NCBI GenBank assembly: GCA_015233585.1
Contig: JADFXL010000001.1
Span: forward strand, 1-52,301
From: Alphaproteobacteria bacterium
Lineage (GTDB): Bacteria; Pseudomonadota; Alphaproteobacteria; Rhodospirillales; Rhodospirillaceae
Length of the DNA stretch: 52,301 nt
Reading direction: 5' to 3'
The notes under the pieces are model-generated. The model was not told the origin of the DNA, made no database searches, and saw only the letters and a program-made list of their open reading frames with translations. The position numbers were made by a program, and so were the translations under genes. Numbering within the stretch: position 1 is the first letter of the stretch; each line of letters opens with the position of its first letter. This document shows, in pieces, positions 47,273 to 52,301 of the stretch.

Positions 47273-47998
47273 TCAAGCCTCCTTGTTGATGATCGTATAT
47301 CGCCCACGCCCGGCCACGATTTCCGACAACGCGCCCGCCGTACGCAGGGAGAACACCACAACCGGAAGGTTGTTTTCCCGCGCCAGCGCCACAGCAGCGG
47401 CATCCATGACCTGAAGATTGTTGGCCAGCACGTCGGTATAGCTCAAACGGTCGTAGCGTATCGCTGTTTTGTCTTTTTTCGGATCGGCTGAATAGACTCC
47501 GTCAACCTGCGTCGCTTTGAGTAGGGCGTTGCAATTCATTTCCACCGCCCGCAACGCCGCCGCCGTATCGGTCGTGAAGTACGGATTGCCGGTACCCGCA
47601 CCAAAGATCACCACTCGTCCCTTGGACAGATGGTGAAGAGCGCGCCCACGGGTGAACGGCTCGCACACCGTCACCATGGGTATGGCCGACAACACCCGGG
47701 CCGGACACCCGATCTGTTCCAGGTCGTTTTGAACCGCCAGCGCGTTCATCACCGTCGCCAACATGCCCATGGAGTCAGCGGCGGCGCGATCCATGCCTGC
47801 CGCCGCACCCGACACGCCGCGAAAAATGTTGCCGCCGCCAACAACAACGCCGATCTGGCCGCCAGCATCGCGAACCGCCTTGATCTCCGTCGTCACCCGA
47901 CGAACCGTCGCCCTGTCCAGGCCGAACTCACGCGCGCCCATCAACCCTTCGCCAGACAGTTTCAGGAGCACACGAGGGTACTTGATATCCGTGGTCAT
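47273..47998 (-). CDS. pyrH: UMP kinase
   Basis: [25 protein letters not shown] and [23 protein letters not shown] motifs. Confidence 0.92.
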   Translation of the reverse strand: MTTDIKYPRVLLKLSGEGLMGAREFGLDRATVRRVTTEIKAVRDAGGQIGVVVGGGNIFRGVSGAAAGMDRAAADSMGMLATVMNALAVQNDLEQIGCPARVLSAIPMVTVCEPFTRGRALHHLSKGRVVIFGAGTGNPYFTTDTAAALRAVEMNCNALLKATQVDGVYSADPKKDKTAIRYDRLSYTDVLANNLQVMDAAAVALARENNLPVVVFSLRTAGALSEIVAGRGRYTIINKEA

Positions 47999-48188
47999 TG
48001 GGCATCCCTGCCGAGGTTGAATGTCTCAAGGTTGGTTGACGCCGCGCCCCGTTCCACAGGCCCACACATATAGGCCAATATATAGACACGAGACACTAAA
48101 TTTGACCGCCGCAAGCGACCGGCCAGGATCATACACGATTTCCCCGGCCTGTCGTCTCGATTTTTCCCAACCGCCCGCATTATGGAAC

Positions 48189-48218
48189 AAGGCCCACGAC
48201 TCTAAAGCCCACGACTCT
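48189..48218. repeat. Tandem 15-nt direct repeat in the tsf-pyrH spacer
   Basis: aaggcccacgactct (48189-48203) is followed immediately by aaagcccacgactct (48204-48218), identical at 14 of 15 positions. Confidence 0.6.
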
Positions 48219-48256
48219 CGGTTCATGATGAAAACGGCTGGATATTTCCGCGACGT

Positions 48257-49183
48257 TCACAGCCCTCGCGTTGCCGCAACCTCGGCCGCAAAGTCCTTCT
48301 CCTCTTTTGCGACCCCTTCGCCAATCTTGAAACGCTCGAAACCAGTGATAACGATCGGCGCACCGAACTGTTTCGCCGCAGCTTCAACCACCTTGGCCAC
48401 CGTGCTCTCGCCGTCTATGACATAGATTTGCTCAAGCAACACGACTTCTTCGTAATACTTACGCAACCTGCCCTCCACCATCTTGCCGATGATGGCCTCG
48501 GGCTTGCCGGAGGCCCTGGCCTGTTCGGTCAAAACGGAACGCTCGCGTTCGATCGCGCTGGTGTCCACCGAGGCCGTATCCAGAAACAGAGGCGCAGCCG
48601 AAGCGACGTGCATGGCAAGATGGCGCCCCAGTTCCAGAAGTTTGGCCGGATCGGCGCTGGACCGCAGCGTTACCAGAACGCCGATCTTGCCGAGGCCCGG
48701 CGCCGCAGCATTGTGAACATAGGTGGCAACGACTCCCGGATCCGCCGAGAGCATCCGGCAACGCCGGAGCTGCATGTTCTCACCGATGGTGGCGATCATG
48801 GCGGTAAGTTGCTCCGCGACCGTCTTTCCTGCACCGGGGTACGGAACGTTCCTGAGCGCCTCGATATCGCCGCCGGTCGTCAGGGCCAATTGCGTCACCG
48901 TCGTAACGAAAGCCTGGAAGTTTTCATTACGGGCCACGAAATCGGTCTCAGAATTGACTTCGACCACCGCTGCGCGGGTACCTTCGGATGCAACCCCGAT
49001 CAGCCCCTCCGAAGCGACACGGCCAGCCTTTTTCGCTGCCGAAGCCACGCCCTTCTTACGCAGCCAGTCAACTGCGTCATCAATATTTCCGTTAACCTCA
49101 CCCAACGCCTTCTTGCAATCCATCATGCCGGCGCCGGTCATCTCGCGCAATTCTTTTACGAGCGCCGCAGTGATCTCGGCCAT
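48257..49183 (-). CDS. tsf: Translation elongation factor Ts
   Basis: [27 protein letters not shown] is the classic EF-Ts N-terminus. GAGG lies 7 nt upstream of ATG 49183; the ORF track start 49189 is a TTG. Confidence 0.92.
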   Translation of the reverse strand: MAEITAALVKELREMTGAGMMDCKKALGEVNGNIDDAVDWLRKKGVASAAKKAGRVASEGLIGVASEGTRAAVVEVNSETDFVARNENFQAFVTTVTQLALTTGGDIEALRNVPYPGAGKTVAEQLTAMIATIGENMQLRRCRMLSADPGVVATYVHNAAAPGLGKIGVLVTLRSSADPAKLLELGRHLAMHVASAAPLFLDTASVDTSAIERERSVLTEQARASGKPEAIIGKMVEGRLRKYYEEVVLLEQIYVIDGESTVAKVVEAAAKQFGAPIVITGFERFKIGEGVAKEEKDFAAEVAATRGL

Positions 49184-49239
49184 CGTCAAACCTCATTGTT
49201 CGTGTCGGGCCAGGCATTCCTCGCCAATGACCCTTTGTC

Positions 49240-49271
49240 AAAAAAACGGCGACGCGCAAAGCCTGTCGCCG
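49240..49271 (-). terminator. Intrinsic terminator/attenuator between rpsB and tsf
   Basis: The minus strand reads cggcgac-aggctttgcgc-gtcgccg followed by ttttttt, a 7-bp stem plus a T7 run. Partial termination between rpsB and tsf is known from E. coli. Confidence 0.55.
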
Positions 49272-49313
49272 CAAGCACATCAAAGCCCCACTCAACCACT
49301 TCGCCCAGAGGGG

Positions 49314-50120
49314 TTAACGACCTTCCATGGGATCGGCAGCGGCAACCGGCTCTTCGCCCAAAGCGATCGGCGCGGTTACCGGTAACACGATCGGTTCCGC
49401 CCTGCCGCCCACATCAACACCAGCTACGTTCATTTCGGCCTGGATACCGTCCAGCACCGAACCGCTAACCAGTTCGCAATAAAGCTTTATGGCACGAATG
49501 GCGTCATCGTTGCCGGGAACCGGATAGGTGATGCCCGTCGGATCGCAGTTCGAATCGATGACCGCGACCACGGGAATACCAAGCTTGGTGGCTTCCTGAA
49601 CGGCCAATGATTCCTTAAGCACATCAATGATGAACAGAATGTCGGGCTGCCCGCCCATTTCCTTGATGCCGCCCAACGCCCGTTCGAGCTTGTCGCGCTC
49701 CCGGTTCAGATTGAGAATTTCCTTCTTCGTCAGACCGGAAATCCCCTGAGCCAATTGGGCATCCATCTCGCGCAGACGCCGGATGGATTGGGAAATGGTT
49801 TTCCAGTTGGTGAGCATTCCACCCAGCCAACGGTGATTGACATAGTATTGACCACAACGCTTGGCCGCCTCGGCGATCGGCTCCTGAGCCTGGCGCTTGG
49901 TGCCAACGAACAGCACCCTGCCACCACCGGCCGTGACGGCACGAATCGCCTGCATGGCGCGGTACAGAAGCGGAACCGTCTGCTGAAGGTCGATAATGTG
50001 GATGTTGTCGCGGACACCGTAGAGGTACGAAGCCATTTTCGGGTTCCATCGGCGGGTATTGTGGCCGAAATGGCAGCCAGACTCGACAAGCTGGCGCATA
50101 GAAAACACGGGCAACGTCAT
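49314..50120 (-). CDS. rpsB: 30S ribosomal protein S2
   Basis: [34 protein letters not shown] lies 8 nt upstream of ATG 50120; the ORF track start 50126 is a TTG. Confidence 0.92.
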   Translation of the reverse strand: MTLPVFSMRQLVESGCHFGHNTRRWNPKMASYLYGVRDNIHIIDLQQTVPLLYRAMQAIRAVTAGGGRVLFVGTKRQAQEPIAEAAKRCGQYYVNHRWLGGMLTNWKTISQSIRRLREMDAQLAQGISGLTKKEILNLNRERDKLERALGGIKEMGGQPDILFIIDVLKESLAVQEATKLGIPVVAVIDSNCDPTGITYPVPGNDDAIRAIKLYCELVSGSVLDGIQAEMNVAGVDVGGRAEPIVLPVTAPIALGEEPVAAADPMEGR

Positions 50121-50306
50121 TGCCAAAATCCTTAATTTTTCCGGTTGAACCTCCGCGAGACTTTGGCAGGCTTACATAGCCTGCACCGGAACGGCCATTC
50201 CAGGTATCACCCGGATGAACGTGCTTCCCGCGTGCGGATATACTTGTCAGGAACCTAACGCCTCCCGCCATCTTTGGCAAGGCTGTTTAACGGCCCCTTC
50301 TGGGAG

Positions 50307-50372
50307 ATGTGGGATCCGCCCACACCCTGGCAGAAGGCCGGGGGCCTTTGGGAACCCTTTTATTAAGGGGGG
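50307..50372. repeat. Family B dispersed element (plus orientation) upstream of rpsB
   Basis: atgtgggatccgcccacaccc at 50307-50327 and gcctttgggaacccttttattaagggggg at 50344-50372. Both modules align with the reverse complement of 21571-21633. Confidence 0.65.
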
Positions 50373-50446
50373 AGGACACTACACGCTCGGCAGCCCCTCC
50401 GAACAGAAGGACGACCCATACGGCAGGCAGGTAAGGACTGGACGCC

Positions 50447-50998
50447 CTATACCAGGAAGCTGATTTGCTGAGACGAAACACCCTGCGTCACCGCATTGAC
50501 CACGCCGGTGTTTCCTTTAAGGGCGTTATCGGGCTGGGCTGCGAAGCTGGCGAGCCTGTCGTTGTCATTGTCGTTATCGGTCGAAGCACTGGGAGTATTC
50601 GCTTCGGGGGCAGAGGACGCATTCGCCGCCGCCGGCTGAACCGTGGCAGCTTTGTTGTTGGCCGCCACAGCCTGCGCCGCAGGGTGAGAGGTAGGCTGTG
50701 GCTGCTGGGACGGCACGGACGCCACCGCAGCTTGTTGAGCCTCCTGCCGTCCCTGGGCACCAGCCACACGAATATTAATCGCATCCTGGCCGATGGCGGC
50801 ATTCTGTTTCGTCAGATACGAGAGCGCCGGTTGCGACAGATCAACGACATCCCGAACCGCCGTTCGCTCACCACCTGATGGTGTAGCCCCACCCCGGCCA
50901 CCAACCTGCACGGCATTTTGCGTGCTAAGATAAGCGGCGGCTTGCTGGGCGTGGACCGATGCCGGTGATGCTGGCGTTGTCGATGATATCGTCGTCAT
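50447..50998 (-). CDS. Hypothetical Gln/Ala/Ser-rich protein
   Basis: 183-aa ORF with an ATG start and host-like GC content. The sequence is low complexity (AQQAA, QQPQPTS, DNDNDND). No signal peptide and no recognised domain. Coding status is moderately uncertain. Confidence 0.5.
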   Translation of the reverse strand: MTTISSTTPASPASVHAQQAAAYLSTQNAVQVGGRGGATPSGGERTAVRDVVDLSQPALSYLTKQNAAIGQDAINIRVAGAQGRQEAQQAAVASVPSQQPQPTSHPAAQAVAANNKAATVQPAAANASSAPEANTPSASTDNDNDNDRLASFAAQPDNALKGNTGVVNAVTQGVSSQQISFLV

Positions 50999-51092
50999 GA
51001 CGGATACTTCCGTGAAAAGTGCCCTGGAGACTGAACCCGATTACTACCATCATAGCGCCAACACCTGACACGAACCTGACAATTTTGGCCTT

Positions 51093-51121
51093 GCGAACCG
51101 TGGGTTTGCACCCACGTTCGC
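51093..51121 (-). terminator. Strong hairpin just downstream of the cyclophilin gene
   Basis: gcgaac(c)gtggg-tttgca-cccacgttcgc, an 11-bp stem with one bulge, about 10 nt after the stop at 51132. No T-run follows on the minus strand, so terminator function is uncertain. Confidence 0.35.
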
Positions 51122-51131
51122 GTGGGATCAG

Positions 51132-51722
51132 CTATTTCTTGTCGTCGGTCTTGGTTTTATCATCGACCTTGGGGTCAGCGGCAACCCGCATGGTGATGAT
51201 GCGGTCGGGATCGGTGACCCTTCCGTTGTCGCTTTCGCTGCCTTTCTTGATTTTATCGACGTTATCCATACCCTCGACCACTTGGCCCCAGATGGTATAT
51301 TGCCCATTGAGAAACGGCGCCGGCTTGAAGCAGATGAAAAACTGGCTGTCGGCGCTGTCCGGGTTGCCGGCGCGAGCCATGGACACGGTACCCCGGATAT
51401 GCTTGGCCACGCTTGGCGAACTGAATTCCGCCTTAAGCTTTTTGCCAGAACCACCCGCGCCGGTTCCAGAGGGGTCTCCGGTCTGGGCCATGAAGCCGTC
51501 AATCACGCGATGGAACACGACGCCGTTGTAAAACCCCTGGCGGGTCAGTTCCTTGATCCGCGCCACGTGCTGGGGTGCCAGGTCCGGGCGCATCTCAATT
51601 ACGACCGGTCCGCTCGCCAGTTCCATAATCAGGGTATTTTCAGGATCACCCGCCTGCGCCTTGCCCGTAGCCAACATCATTACTCCCAAAAAAACATACA
51701 CCAAGCCCATCAGGTATCTCAT
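51132..51722 (-). CDS. Periplasmic cyclophilin-type peptidyl-prolyl cis-trans isomerase
   Basis: Signal peptide (LGVMMLATGKAQA), then FHRVIDGFMAQTGDP, SMARAGNPDSADSQFFI and GQVVEGMDNVDKI. Confidence 0.88.
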   Translation of the reverse strand: MRYLMGLVYVFLGVMMLATGKAQAGDPENTLIMELASGPVVIEMRPDLAPQHVARIKELTRQGFYNGVVFHRVIDGFMAQTGDPSGTGAGGSGKKLKAEFSSPSVAKHIRGTVSMARAGNPDSADSQFFICFKPAPFLNGQYTIWGQVVEGMDNVDKIKKGSESDNGRVTDPDRIITMRVAADPKVDDKTKTDDKK

Positions 51723-51755
51723 CTCATACCCCCATTTAAGTCACGTTCGGCCGTA

Positions 51756-52277
51756 CTATCCAGCCGTCGCATCGGTATTGAAGCCATAGCGTCTGAGCAG
51801 GTGTTGATGGGTTCTTGGCGTTACGAAGGACGAAACATCCCCTCCTAGCCGGCCAATTTCCTTGACGAATCGCGAGGAAATGAATTGACACCGCTCCGAA
51901 GCCATCAAAAACACGGTTTCGACATCGCCACAGATGCGCGTGTTCATGGCTGCCATCTGAAATTCGTATTCAAAATCCGAAACAGCCCGCAGGCCACGCA
52001 GGATGACCTTGGCATTACACTCATGAACAAAATTCATCAATAGAATCGAAAATGGCCGCACCTCCACCTTCGTTCCATTGCCGAACGTCATGCCGGCGAT
52101 CTCTTCCTGAACCATCTGGACCCGTTCTTCCAGCGAGAACAGCGGGCCTTTCACGTCATTGCCGGCAACCCCGACAATGAGGTGGTCCACCACGCGGGTG
52201 GCACGCGTGATGATGTCGAGATGACCGTTGGTGATCGGGTCAAAGGTCCCAGGGTAGACGCCAGTCCGTTCACTCAT
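51756..52277 (-). CDS. coaD: Phosphopantetheine adenylyltransferase
   Basis: GVYPGTFDPITNGHLDII (the nucleotidyltransferase T/HxGH motif), ~173 aa. A GGGAGGGAGAGGG purine tract lies just upstream of ATG 52277. Confidence 0.9.
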   Translation of the reverse strand: MSERTGVYPGTFDPITNGHLDIITRATRVVDHLIVGVAGNDVKGPLFSLEERVQMVQEEIAGMTFGNGTKVEVRPFSILLMNFVHECNAKVILRGLRAVSDFEYEFQMAAMNTRICGDVETVFLMASERCQFISSRFVKEIGRLGGDVSSFVTPRTHQHLLRRYGFNTDATAG

Positions 52278-52301
52278 TGCCCTCTCCCTCCCCTGATCCA
52301 T

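Overview
High-GC chromosomal window that looks alphaproteobacterial, judged from gene order and families: efp-suhB, class I LysRS, lpxI, and the gpmI-envC-ctpA-yibQ-rppH string. Most of it is housekeeping. One block is yajC-secD-secF. A long minus-strand supercluster runs rpsB-tsf-pyrH-frr-uppS-cdsA-dxr-rseP-bamA-skp-lpxD-fabZ-lpxA-lpxI-lpxB. Also present are sodB, lysK, panE, a PAS-rich hybrid histidine kinase with a CheY-like regulator, cobN, rpmG, a SulP transporter, a cyclophilin and coaD. I found no rRNA, tRNA or CRISPR. Three things are not ordinary. (1) Two visibly AT-rich insertions: a 3.6-kb Wzz-like / Wzy-WaaL-like / acyltransferase-3 cassette at about 16.9-20.5 kb, and a single orphan gene fused onto the cobN stop codon at about 31.8-32.7 kb. 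(2) At least three families of dispersed GC-rich hairpin repeats. They sit between convergent genes, inside the secD-secF and lpxA-lpxI operon junctions, upstream of rpsB, and once in frame inside cobN. (3) A few unusual proteins: a wHTH plus Pro/Ala-rich protein, a two-domain cold-shock protein, and a Gln/Ala-rich hypothetical. I see no clear multi-gene novel system. The two AT-rich insertions are the best candidates. All family assignments come from reading the translated ORFs and from memory, not from searches.
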